Below, piece by piece: positions 39,301 through 52,043 of a stretch of 64,000 nt of DNA. Source of the DNA: Moniliella sp. 'wahieum' (lineage: Eukaryota); assembly GCA_003971905.1 (NCBI GenBank), contig RSEE01000043.1, positions 1 through 64,000 on the forward strand, given 5' to 3'. Each line of letters starts with the position of its first letter. Position 1 is the stretch's first letter. Made by a program: the position numbers and the translations under genes. Below the pieces are notes generated by a model that was given only the letters and a program-made list of their open reading frames with translations, ran no database searches and was not told the DNA's origin.

Positions 39301-42300
39301 ACAATGCGCCCCGCCTCGGTTTGTCGGCAAGACATCGTTGGAGGGTTCCTTTGATGCACCCCACGTTGATGCTCAAGCGCCGTCACTAACCAAGGCCGCA
39401 CATGAGCTTGAAGAGCAGCCTCTGTCACCTTCTATGAGCGGCAGCGTATCGGTTGACACGGAGCTCAGCAGCGGTGAGAAAGGGGATCCATTGACCACCA
39501 TTGAAAAGGCACTTGCGCTCCTCTCGCCCACGGCTAAATCCAAGGACTTTTCCTCTAGCTTAGCTCAAGCTCGCTTGCATGGGTTACTGGGTTCTACCGA
39601 CTCACCTCAGTTTTCGTCGATGACCATGGACCCGCCACACCCACACCAAAGACTTTGTCTAGTCGAGAGTACGTTGCCATTCTCCAGTCGGATGATGTTC
39701 CGGCCTCCCGGCCTCCCTCTTTTGCTGACTCAACTCTGTCCCCTCGGCCTCACTTCTGCTCCCCAGACACCCGTATGCGTCCTCCACTTTTGCTGCCGCC
39801 ACCACTTCGCCTACCAGCAAACGCCGCTGGGGTTCCCATCAGCTTCATTGGCTCGGTCCGAGAGCGATCCGAAGTCGGAGCCGGTGCAGATCGAGGGGGA
39901 AAACTGGCAAGCACCCCAAGAGGGTTTAGTATCCATGGTCAGTCGCCCCAAGCTACCAGCCTGCCTTGCCCGTTTCGACCGTCAAATCCATGTCAGACCC
40001 ACGGGAGGTGTTTGGACATACGTTCTTCTCTTGCTGCGCCGGACACGGAGGACGACTTCCATCGGCTCGCGGGTCGCTCGACCAGTCGGTCATCGGGTCC
40101 GCTATCCCCCGTCATGACTTCCCCCAGGAGCCGCTACATGTCACAGGCGACGGAGGTAGCACACCGTTCGTCCTTGAATTGGACAATCCTGTCACTCCTT
40201 CTACGCCCATGCCGCAGGAGGGGTGCGGGACCTGTCTGAGTCCTCTAGGTTTTCTCTGGAGGATCGTACGCCTCTCTTCTCGGATTCGAGCTCGTTGGGT
40301 CCTAGCGGAACTACGGTACGAGAGCCAGAGTCGATCACCGCGGAGCCGGGGCGGGAGAGGATGTCGGCAAGGAGGCTAGGACCAACTCCTCGAAAAGATC
40401 CGCCTTGTCCTTGGACCAGCCCAGCAAAGCGGAGGACAACACTCGTATTTTGTCCCCGTCTTCCGCCTCGCCTTCCTCGCGCTCCAGGGAACAGCATTAG
40501 AGGACACGGAAGGGCAGTCCCCCCCCGTTACCTGCTAAGGATTATGCTCCTGTGGACCAAGCACAGGAGACCACCCCACGGGCCCCCTCGGCCCCCTTCC
40601 CCCGGCAGATGTCATTGGCTTGGGCGGGGGCCTGGAACCCGATGGTCTCACTTGGAATCATTCCGATCCGATTGAGATTGCCCAAGCGGATCCCTTGATC
40701 AGTCCGCCTCCACTTCGGGAATGGCCGCCTCCTATCCGCATCTCTCAACCCACGTCGATCAGCTCCCAGTCAAGCGAGGCCGAGCCGAAGCAGCCCCGTA
40801 CCCATCGTCCAAGTTCTCAGACAGCTCTTCGGAGGATCCGAGGAGCCGTTGCAGGCTACCCAGGTGTCCAAGCCACATGTGGTCGAGGATATGTCTTCTC
40901 CCCCCCTTTTCCCCAGGACATCGCCTGGTGGAGCAATCTACCGTCTCGCTCGATTGCGGCGCTGTTGAACAACTACCACCACATGTCGGCCCCCGCATCC
41001 CGCTCCACATCGCTTGGGCAACTTGCTGGATGACGACCCTGACCCTTTCCGCCCCTCAGGCCCTGCTGTACCCCAAAGCGGTGGAGGCCATGGGTCAGGG
41101 ATGATGGGCACATTGCCAGGTGGTGCGGCCTTCCCTTCCGTCGCGCCATACTCGTACACTCCTCTCTCTACGTACTCTACCGCGGGCTCCGCTATGGCCC
41201 CAGGCGGGGTGGGACCAATGTACACGCCTGGCTACTTGATTGGCGCTGGCCCGAACCAGATGACAACCACCCCCCTGATTGCCCAGAGCATCGAGGAGTT
41301 GATGAGCCTGCGCTGTCGGCACCTTCGTCCAGTTACTCGATTGTGGCTGACACGGTCAAAGAGGATGAGGAGAGCATGAAAAACGTACATTCCATGTCGA
41401 CCGGCCGGTCAACCCTCTTGTATGAGGGTTACGATGGCGTCGAAGCCGTCGAGTGTTTTGCTCCACGACGATAGTCTACCCAGTTTGCCCGATGCGCTCG
41501 ACCAGGCAAAGGGTCAACGGGCCGAGGACGCAAGGGAAGCCGATCCGCCTCAAGGCACCCTGTCACTCTCCTCGCATGGTGGTTTGGATTCCGAGCAGAG
41601 AGGTTCGTCACCAGCTCCACCGGGGAGCGAGTCGAGCGGAGTGTTTCCGTACCGTCTGTCGCGCGATCTGCCCAACCCGGTGGGCGAGCAGAACAGCGAG
41701 ATGTTGGGTGAGCGGGGCGTTCCACCCTCGGGCTTGATCAATGGTTCGTTGACAATTCGGGGATGCCGTCGATGCAGGCCTTGATGGACGGTACCATGGC
41801 TGACCTGAGCCCGGGCTCCACTCCTGTCATTCCTCAAGATGGGTTCGTCCCGTGAGCAAAACAAGGACACCCATGAGATGCCAGCCGCTGCATCTCCGCT
41901 CGGGACCTCGCTTCCTATGGCGGGTGTGCACTCCTCGTCCCCGCCGGCGAATGCGGTGGGAGCGATGGCCGGCTCCGGGGCTGATACCTCGACCGAAACG
42001 GAGGACACGGCCTTGACCCCAATGCTGCCCATGCGGATGTTGGAGACGGAGGATAAGACGGTGGGCCCACCCGATCCGAACAGGTCGAGTCTGCGCTGCT
42101 CTCGTCGCACCTCACTCCTTGTCTCCCAGGGGTCCAAAGGATGGGAGGGGGCCAACGAGGCGAACGACATTATCCGTCGCGGCAGCACCGTGAGCCAATG
42201 TCACCGTTCCACCGCCACTTATCGTCAATCCGACATGACTGCCTACTCGTCCCGTCGTGACGAGGAGAGCCGGACGACCAGCCGCGCTTGGAGCCAAGAT

Positions 42301-43513
42301 GGGTCAGAGTATATCTTTTCGGAACAGAGTGAGCGGGTCCGGTCGACGTTCTATCCAAATGATCCTTTGACACCGGGCGGAACGGCGGCCCAGCCCGACA
42401 CGGCGGCGCTTTCCAGTTCTCCACAAGGCGGCTCCGACCCGTCTGCGCCGGCCCAGCCTGCTACTCACACCCAGTCCACCGTTCTCCTCCTGTCGCCGGT
42501 GGCCAACAGCCGATATTGGGTTTGGGCCTGGGACTTACTCTGGACGAAGAACCGACGCGGTCCAACCGCCCCCCACCTCTGCGGTTGCGCAAATGGGCGC
42601 GCGCCTCTCCCGCTTTACAGACAGCCTCGCTGCCTGCGCCGGAGGGTGATCGTGTACGTGGGACAGCACCTTCCAATATTCTGTCGCTTCAGAGTGACAA
42701 GGACATTGAGAGTCGTCTGGACGATATGCTCAAGTACGCCGCCAACCTGCCTGCTGGCCAACACGACCTTTCATCTCCCTCTGCCCAGCTCGACAGCAGT
42801 CAGATGTCACCTTCGCCTCCGCGCACTGCTCCTTTACCTTCTTCAGTGTCCAATGCCACTGTCACCCCTTCGTCCACCCACCCTATCTTGCCTCTGCGCT
42901 CCTACCATCCCCATGACAGCGAGCCTGAGCTATCCAGAATGACCCAGGCTCATCGTCCCAAGGTCATTATCACACGCCTCTCCCGGAATCAGGAACAGAG
43001 AGGGAGTTGGACCCAGTATCTCGCTCGCAGTATGAGTCGCCACTGGCATCCGAGGCGCCCTTACCTCCATGGGAGATTGCATCCTTGCCGCCACCACCGC
43101 CTGGATGGGTCCCCCCCCCGCCCCCCCCTGGCTGGGAGGCTGGTAAGCCCCTCCCTCCACCTCCCCTCCTGGCTGGCCTCCGCTCGGTCCTCCCCCCTCG
43201 AAATCAACCCCTGCCACGCCCGTCACGCCTGGCTCGTGGGGGCGGGCCCAGCTCGGCCCAAAGCACAGGCGAGGGAGGCCGGTCCATCCTCGTCTCGCCT
43301 CGCAGGGTGGCAAGCCATGGCCAATTGGTGGAACGGAGGTCAAGCGGGACCAAATCGGTGCCGGGGCATGGTCCTACGGGAAAGCCCCATTCGCCCTCGC
43401 GAGCTCGCCGTGTGCTAGCAGCCGCATCCCGATCCGTCGCAGTTCCTCCAACTCGTCAGCTGCCAGCCCGCACGCGTCCCGCTTCTCTGACCTGCCCCCC
43501 AGCCCTCATCTGA
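36392..43513 (+). CDS. Very large (about 2300 aa if intact) uncharacterised protein: structured-looking N-terminal domain then Ser/Pro/acidic low complexity; many indels
   Basis: N-terminal RGCLLPLYPTLGGQLYAISREYGLPSIGGLSVYLVDDG..LGPCIGDSAW...PIVGRIEWAV..APWW, followed by a chain of overlapping + strand ORFs with no promoter-like gap; could be two genes; 3' end uncertain. Confidence 0.55.
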
Positions 43514-44149
43514 CCCGGTTCAGCGATGCCCTGCCGACCAGCCCGCATCGCTCCCAGACCTTGGCTCAACGCTTGGGTCACACTGCTCCTTTGCCCGACG
43601 CACGAGCTCGTTTACGCCCCTGGGCGCCAACTCGTAGCTGTGCCTCGATCTTTGCCTCCTCTCCCCGCTCGCTTTCCCCCCCTTTTGTGCATCCATGTAT
43701 TTTATGGCTCTAGCCCTTTCTGTGCAGGCATCTGTATGGTTTCCGACCCTCCCCCCCCCGCTTTGCGCCAGATGGCGAGGAGGCTGTGTTTGTAGGCAGA
43801 CGTGACGGCGTAAGGACCGTGTGTTCATCAATAGCTTGGATGGCGTAGCAGCCTGATCGAAGGCGACTGAGAAGGCGGCGCCAGAAGCCGCCCATCGCTA
43901 ATAGACGGCTAGCAGACGTGGTGCGTAAGGTAGCCAGGAAGGCCGTAGGGCACATCAGTCTGTGGTTGCAATTGATGCACCGATCGATATATTGACCACG
44001 TGTTCATGTTATTCCGGCCGCAGTCTGATCACCTCGATCGATGATCGATGATCGATTGCTGATCGCCGTTGCGGCTTTCTTGCTGTGCCACCGCCCGCCA
44101 CCATCGTCCACGTCCCTCCCATTGACCAGCCAGTGACCTCCTCGTCACC

Positions 44150-45438
44150 ATGTCCGAAAAGACCCCCCTCACTCTCTCTGCCAGCTCCTCTCTCCCGCTG
44201 CCTGCTTTCAACGCGCTCTCTGGTTCGTTGCCTGCTCTTTCCCTGCGCTGTGCCCGCTCTGTGCCTACTCTGTGCCTACCCTTACTTGACCTCACGCTCA
44301 CTCCCCTCCCCCCCTTGTCGTAGGCAAGCGCGTTGTTTTGGCCAGCGGCAGTCCGCGGAGACGCGAACTGTTGGCAGCGGTGGTACGCACCTCCTTTCTT
44401 CTGTGTTTGGCTTGGAAAGGGAGAGGAACGGGAAAGCTGACTTGGAATGGCAGGGCCTGATTCCCGAGGTGGTCAAGTCGACCTACGAGGAAGATTTGCC
44501 CAAGTCGGATTATGTTGACGAGAAGATTTACGAGTATCCAGTTGAGACGGCTCGGGAAAAGGTGCGTGATTTTGCATTGTGGATCCATGATCTTTGGGTG
44601 TTCCATTCTCCGCTATTCTCCGCTGGAAGGTATTTCTGAGGCACGGCGAAAGCCGCAGACGATCCTGACCCCATATCTTCCTTTTTCACAGGGAATCGAG
44701 GTGTACAGGCGCCTAGTGGTGAGTCCCCCCCCCCCCCCCCTCCCCGCCCCTGCCCTTTGCCAAGCAACCAACAGCTTGGGAACGCAGGCTAATCGCTAAT
44801 CATCTGCCTGCTATCGTCATACCATGAAGGAGGAGGACCCGGAAAATGCACCGGACGTGGTCATTGCTGGTACGTTTGGTTTCGGCGGACTATGCATGCA
44901 CATGCCATCATACTAATCACCCCCCCACCCCCCCCCCCCCCTTTTTGCCCCATGTTCAGCCGACACGATCGTCATCAAGGATAATGAGATCCTGGAAAAG
45001 CCGTTGGACCGGAACGATGCGTTACGGATGCTGATGGACTTGAACGATGGGTCGTGCGAAGTGGTGACGGGCATTGCTGTTGTCCATCCCATCCTCGTCA
45101 GTCCTGGGTACGATGTCAAGTACGTTTGGAGCTACAGTTCGGGGGGCCATGGGCTTGCTTACGTCGTTACTGAGTCTCTGGGTACTGACCACTTGCTGTA
45201 CTTAGGAGCATGGCCGAAAAGACCAAGGTTAACTTTGCGTGGAATCCCCGGAGCACCTGTTGGCCTATGCCAACTCAGGGGAAGGAATGGACAAGGCAGG
45301 CGCCTTCTCCATCCAAGGTCCGGTGCGCTGTTTATTTCCTCCATCGAGGGCGACTACAGCAACGTGGTGGGCTTCCCTGTCCATGCTTTCTTCCGCTTCC
45401 TTCACGACTTGTTGGAGAATGACGAGATTGAGTTCTAG
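44150..45438 (+). CDS. Maf-family nucleoside triphosphate pyrophosphatase; six introns
   Basis: KRVVLASGSPRRRELL, STYEEDLPK, ADTIVIKDNEILEKP, EVVTG, GEGMDKAGAFSIQG..ALFISSIEGDYSNVVGFP; donors near 44223, 44382, 44562, 44719, 44870, 45120. Confidence 0.92.
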
Positions 45439-45594
45439 AGTGGGTATCACGCGGCGCTTTCCTCGCTTTCCTCCTCGCCCTGTTCGTCTGTCCTCTCCTC
45501 TCATATTGTCATCAACATCTTCTTGATCCCCTATAAAGCAGCCCAGAAATGGGATGATATGTGCGTAGTATTAGCAGTCCGGCGGTCCCGACAG

Positions 45595-46460
45595 TTACCG
45601 GAACGGGTTGGCTGCCACGGCAGGTGGAGCAGGCTTGGAGTCAAAGTCGAATTTCCTGGACTGAGATTGCTCGGTCTGGTCGGAGGCAGGGGACTGGGCA
45701 TGCGAGCGAGTTTCGATGGTTCGGACCGATGCAAGGATGTTCGGCAGGGGAAGGTCTTCTTGGGTACGGATGGCGACACGCTCTTTGGCAAATTCGCGCT
45801 CGGCCACCGACTTGGCCATATGCCGCCCATCTCTCTGGCCTCCACCAGGGCGAACCGAGTAGCAGTTTCGTGCTCGGCGCGCAGAGCATAGTATGCACCC
45901 AATTGGCGCTGGTAGGCTTCGAGGAGTGACACATGTTGCCTTTTTCGTGCAGGGCGAGCACGGCTTGGATCAGGCTGCGGACAAGGACCAGAGCATAATA
46001 GTTAGCACACAGGTAAATGACTTGTCTTTCCCACGAACAGATCCACGTACTCTTCCACATTTGGATTGCGTCCATAATCGCGCAGTTCTCGCCCTTGGGC
46101 GCGTATCGTACTGGGCGGCAACCAGCTGTCGGGCTCGACCAGCGTTTGCGGCCGGGCAGCTTCCCAAGGGTGGTCCTTGTAGAACTGAGTACGGACACGG
46201 TCGGCAAGGTATCGGATGGTAGGCAATTGTACCTATGGTCTTGTGCATTTACGCTCAATGCCATCGGTCTTGAGGCCCTGCTCGACGGCGGGTGTACTCG
46301 AGGTGGGCAGCGGTCTTGCGGGCACGGTTGTAAGGCGGGGGCAGGGCGGGTTTCGAGCGTGCGCGCAGCCAACTCGGCTCTCCTTCACATACCCCCGCGC
46401 ATGAGGCGCGACAACGAAGACGGCACGGCCCGCAATGTTACGGCTGCCGTTGGCTGGCAT
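45595..46460 (-). CDS. RSM25: Mitochondrial small-subunit ribosomal protein mS23 (Rsm25); one intron; indels
   Basis: IRYLADRVRTQFYKDHPWEAARPQTLVE, LRDYGRNPNVE, AYYALRAEHETATRFALVEAREMGG. Confidence 0.85.
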
Positions 46461-46830
46461 GACGGCAAGCTCACGCGCAACGACGGGGGGAGGGTGGGGT
46501 TGGGACACTAGCGCTTAGTCTCCAGGGCCTGTCTGCGGCGCTGGCAGGACTACTAAAATTCCTATTTCGATGCGCGCCTTCCAAGCCAATGTGTGTATTC
46601 CGCCATTTCCTCGTGCACGCCAACTGGGGTGCTCAAGCTGGCTCAGCTGTTCAAGCAGCCACGCGCCCAGGGTTTGAGCCTGTTATTAGAGCCAGCGGCT
46701 GTGGACAGGACGGCTACGACCCAGTTGAGTATGCCATTTTCCCATTTCGCCTGCTCGCATCCCATGCTTATTACCCAGCTGGACATCCAACGGACATCCA
46801 ACGAACATCCAACAGGCGCCCTTGGTCGCT

Positions 46831-48251
46831 TTAGTCCACCACCAGCGGCACCGTGCTCAGACATGGAAACGCCTCCTTGGCGGACAAGACCACCATTTGC
46901 CGCTCGTGCGAAATATAGCCCTTCATGTAACCCTTGAAACAAACAAATAGTCAGCACAGTTAACGCGGCGCGCAATCGGACTCCAGCACACATACCTTGG
47001 CAACGAGTGTGGCGAGATACCACTCGGCTTCAGCCATCTCCACCGCGACACCGTTCCAACTAACGCGGCGTGGAACTTCGAGATGGGCATGCGCGTATCT
47101 TTCTGAGAGGCCAGCCAGGTACGTCGGAACAAGGTGCGCAAGCAGCCAGCTCGAGCCCTCTCCAACGCAGGGAAGACACCCTTCCGGATCAAGACCGTTT
47201 GCCTTGCCAATGGGCATCGTCGTACAGCAGATCATCATACGCCTTGACATTGCCCTGTCGGAAAGCTTCCGTGAAGGGTCCATAGAGCCAAGCAATTGTA
47301 GGAAAGTGCGCAAGAGCACCGGGCTGGGAAGCGTGCCTCTCTGCAAGCGAAGGGGGACGAGGAACTGGAGGATGAGCTCTTGGTTGTGCTGGCAGAGGCA
47401 TAGCACTGATCAAAGGCAAAGGAGAGGTGCTGTTCGGCCTTACTGTATTCTTCGTCAAGAAAGGCGAGCACACCTTGATAGAACCGGAACGTGACCTGAT
47501 CGGAACGGGGGAACGTTTCCATAGGGAGCACGCCCGCAGCATCCAGAGCACGAATGATGTTTTTGCACAGCGACGTCTTACCCAAACGGAAATAAGCCTT
47601 GCAATCAGGTTGACTACTGTGTAGGCTCCCAGCCTGCGGCTCTCCTCGGGCTCGGACGTGCGGTCGCTTACACATACAGCAAAGGCCTTGTTCAGTTGCC
47701 GCGCAGCCTCCTCAAGGTGCTTTTGTTTGCTTACTCCACTTGGCCCGGCCCTTGTGGGCGCCAAGACACTGGTGGCCGTGTCGAGGCGAATGGAGAGGCG
47801 CACATAGTCGCGTAGCACTTGAAGTAGCAAGGGCACGATCCAACTTCCGGGACTCAAGGTTTGGGCAAAGCGGAGCACAGACGAGGTGAGTGTACCCTGG
47901 ATCTGGACGGCAGTAGTGAGGTACGACACGGCAGCAGGCACGTCGACCAATGGAGGTGGATGCGGGGAGGCTGGCCGGAGCAAAGTCATCATACCCCATG
48001 CGTGCGTCTGATGCAGCCTTCAGCAGGGTCTGGAGTACCTGGAGGTGGTTTTCGCATAGGCCCTGCCATGGCTCCATCAAGTAACCTTGGCATCGACGCA
48101 GGCAGCGAGCAGGCGATTCGACGGGACGTTCTTGATGCTCAGCATGAGCTGCGATGCAAAGGGAGTGTACGGCAAATAGCAGCGCTAGCTCCGCTCCATT
48201 TTTCGTCTGCGAACTGGCGACAACTGCATCGGCAAAGCCCGGAGCGTCCAT
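46831..48251 (-). CDS. CSN12: PCI-domain protein Csn12/PCID2; indels
   Basis: LEEAARQLNKAFAVCVSDR, KAYFRLGKTSLCKNIIRAL, FPRSDQVTFRFYQGVLAFLDEEY, NQELILQFLVPLRL, C-terminal GYMKGYISHERQMVVLSAKEAFP. Confidence 0.88.
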
Positions 48252-50213
48252 GGTGGCGCCAGGGAGAAAGAGACGGCGGCTGTGAGTGGTTCGAGAGGAG
48301 GTGTTTAATCAGGTCGCACTGCTGGAACCATCCATCCATGTACGGCCAATGCAGGAGACAGATGGGGTTTGGTGATGGAAATCGGTGCAAAAGCAAACAC
48401 GTGAGCCTGACAAGACATGGATTGTTGCACCGAACTCTTGCATTCCGCTTGTCTATCTCAGATCTACGTGCCACAATCTCATGATGCATGATGCATGATG
48501 CATGATCATCGATGATGACCTCACGCTTTTAAACTTCGTCTTTCCGTTACACGTTGACGCGTTAACGTCTGCTCAACGTGTTTTGAGGCAGAAGACAAAA
48601 GCTGCTCACGTTCAACAAGCTTCAACAGCTTCAACGCAATTCACATGTTCTCACGTTCTGAACAAACGTCCATCCGCTGTGTGGCGCTCGTGTGAAGAGC
48701 CCTGCAAATGAGCTGGTGTGGCTCCCGCCTGTTCTGGACATTGGCGCATAGCATTTGCAAAAGCTTTGCGACAGGGGAGAGGGTTATGATCAAGAGATTA
48801 GGAGGCCGAGTGCTAAGGGTGCGGTGGAGCGGAAAGCGGAAAGACGTGGTTGTTGGGATTGTTTGGGGAGCAGTCTGCGGTGACATGTTTCTGACTCGAA
48901 GGAGCATTAGACCTCTCAGATCTCTGAGGGCAACAGGAGGATCTGGAAAAGGAGCCGGACGGGGATATGGATCAGGTGATCGATCACCCTCCCAAGCCTG
49001 AGGCCCAGGCTAGAAAAGCGGGTACAAGGTACGTGTCTCAGGATTTGTTGGGTACAGGGACTGGAGCCGATCGACCGAGAATAGTGCTGCTGACGCATTG
49101 ATGGCGCCGATGTGGATTCGGGTGGATCCTGCGGGCATACGAGAAGTTCTTTTTTACCCCGACCGGCTGGCATGCACCAGGCGACTTATTTTATGAGAGG
49201 AAAGTGCGGGGGAAGAGCCGGGGAGATAGGAGAACGTGCTAACTAGGGTCGTGGCTACTGTGGGACGCAAAAGCTATACGTATTCGCGGAGACAAACAAG
49301 AGCCACACAATGTCATGTCCGCCCTTCCCCCTTTTACTGGACAACGAGAAAAAGGCAAGCGTCGGCAAGGGGTGCCGATGGCGATTAATGGTGAGAGTGA
49401 GAAGCTCATTGTATGCTCCTCCTACAACGGAAGAGGGGCAGGTAGGACTGGTGGCGAGAGCGGTGGAGCTGGCGGCGCCAAGGATGGGAGGTGGACAGCG
49501 GCGGGTGGAATTGGAGAGGGGGCTGCACTGCCCACTCTGCCACGTTGAAGCCTGTGCGGCGTGAAGCGGCAGAGAGAAGCGGGGGTGGAGGGCTGGCCCG
49601 TGCGCGTGCAGGGAGCGAAGCCTAAATGGCCAGGGCGTAGATAGGGCAGGCCCCGTGCAGCGCGGGAGGCGCGCGGGGCCCAGGGTGTGCTGGTCGCCTC
49701 ACCAATTCCGTGTGGCAGCGATAAAAAATCAAACGAGGCAGTCCGCCAGGCACGCACCGCAGTCCGCTGCGCCCGCCCGGCGCCACTGTCGGCCCTTGCA
49801 GCTTGCGGTGATGGCACTAATCATTAGTCCAGCATTAATCAGTCGGCAGGCGCATGGCTGCCCCCGTGCGCTGCCCGTCGCAGCCGCCAGCACGGGCCTG
49901 GGCGTGCGGCCTGGACTCTGGCCACAGCCCCCATGCCGCTCGGTGCACGCTCGAGCCCATGCGAGGCGCCAGTGTGCCCATGGGAATCCGCGTCCGCACG
50001 GAGCCTGTGGAACGCATGCCGCCGTGCGCTCCCGTTCCGCCCGGCACCCGGGCAGTGTCTGCTCTCCGCATACCTGATTCTGCAGCGCAGCGGTTATCTT
50101 CAAGACTCCGTTATTTAATCTTCCGCCTGGCCCCTAGCCCCACACCTTTTCCTCCAACTGCTCATCAGCCGCCGCCCTCTCCCCTCCTCCTCTCTTGGAC
50201 CATCGTCGCTGCC

Positions 50214-51396
50214 ATGTCTGCTGCTCCCCCAACCCCTTCGTTCGCCAGCCTGGTGCGTACCATCCCCCTGCATCCACTCTCCTGCCTCACCGCCTGCTGT
50301 GTTCCTCGCGCGGGCAGCATTGACCGTTCTTTGCCCCTCCTCCCTCCCCCCTTCCAACAGGCCTCGCTGCCCACTACCTCGCCCTCCCCCAGGGCAAGAA
50401 GGTGCAGGCCGAGTACATTTGGATCGACGGCTTTGGCGAGATTCGCGCAAGACGACCACGCTCGATGGCCCTGTCAAGTCGCTTGCCGACCTGAAGGAGT
50501 GGAACTTTGACGGCTCCTCGACCAACCAGGCCCCCGGTGGCAACTCGGACGTCTACCTTCGTCCGGCCGCTTTCTTCCCGGATCCCTTCCGTGGTGGCAA
50601 CAATGTCATTGTTCTCGCCGAGTGCTACAACAACGACGGCACCCCCAACAAGTCCAACCACCGCTACGCGGCCAAGAAGATCTTTGACCAGGTCAAGGCT
50701 GAGGAGCCTTGGTTTGGCATTGAGCAGGAGTACTCGCTTCTTGGTGAGGATGACCGCCCTCTCGGCTGGCCCACTAATGGATTCCCCGGTCCCCAAGGTC
50801 CCTACTACTGCGGTGTCGGCGCTGGCAAGGTGGTTGCCCGTGACCTGATTGAGTCGCACTACCGCGCCTGCCTGTACGCTGGCATCAACATCTCGGGTAT
50901 CAACGCTGAGGTCATGCCCGCTCAGTGGGAGTTCCAGGTGGGCCCCTGCTCGGTATTGAGATGGGTGACCACCTTGTCGTGGCCCGCTACCTCCTTCTCC
51001 GTGTGGCTGAAGAGTGGGGTGTCAAGGTTACCTTCCACCCCAAGGCTGTCCCCGGTGACTGGAACGGCGCTGGTGCTCACACCAACTACTCGACCAAGGC
51101 CACCCGCTGAGGGCGGCATCAAGGCCATTGAGGCTGCCATTGAGAAGTTGAGCAAGCGCCACAACGAGCACATTGCCGTGTACGGTGCGGACAACGACCA
51201 GCGCTTGACTGGGAAGCACGAGACGGGCCACATTGGCCAGTTCTCCTCGGGTGTGGCCAACCGTGGCGCTTCGATCCGTATTCCCAGGAGTGTTGCCGCT
51301 GAGGGCAAGGGCTACCTCGAGGACCGCCGCCCGGCGTCCAACATTGACCCTTACCAGGTCACTGGCATCATCGCCGAGACGACGCTACTGCTCTAA
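50214..51396 (+). CDS. GLN1: Glutamine synthetase (type II); intron near 50253-50360; indels
   Basis: [108 protein letters not shown]. Confidence 0.98.
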
Positions 51397-52043
51397 GGTG
51401 GCCTCCGGGTACGGCATATCTCCCTTAGGCTTAAGCAGGTTGCTTGTGGCTGTTCTTGACAGTTCCTGGCGTTCAGGCTGCGTTGCTTCTTTCACCCCCA
51501 CGCCCTCGATGGCGTGTAAATGATACTCTCTCAAATCTGAGATCTGATGGATATCAGATTCGTCGGGCTCTTGATAGAACCATTGACGCTAGACAGCATG
51601 CATCAATGCCAGTGTTTTCATTCGCCGCCGCTAGTAACTAGTAAGCGCGCTAGTAAGCGCCGTCGGCGGCTGCGCCACTCCCTCGTCGGCATTATCCCCG
51701 ACTTTACCCAAAACAACTTACCCGTCACCGCCCCCAACCAAATAGTGTCGGCTACCAAACCTGGTGTCAGGCATGTGTCATGCATGTCATTCACATCATC
51801 GTGATGGTCGAGGATTCATCGATCATCGACCATCGTAGACATCTTGTGCGGGTGGGCTACAGGAGGCTACAGGCAGGTTGCCTGAATCAGACAGGTGCAG
51901 CCAGTGGGGCTGCTGGAAGAGGCATTCCCACCAGGCGATCGCGGTTCGATAATGTATTGTTGTCTTTTCTTCCTGTCTCCCCCCATGTTACTCGGGTCGG
52001 AACAGGCATACAGCTTGGGGCCAGTCATCCAGTGGACGCCGGC

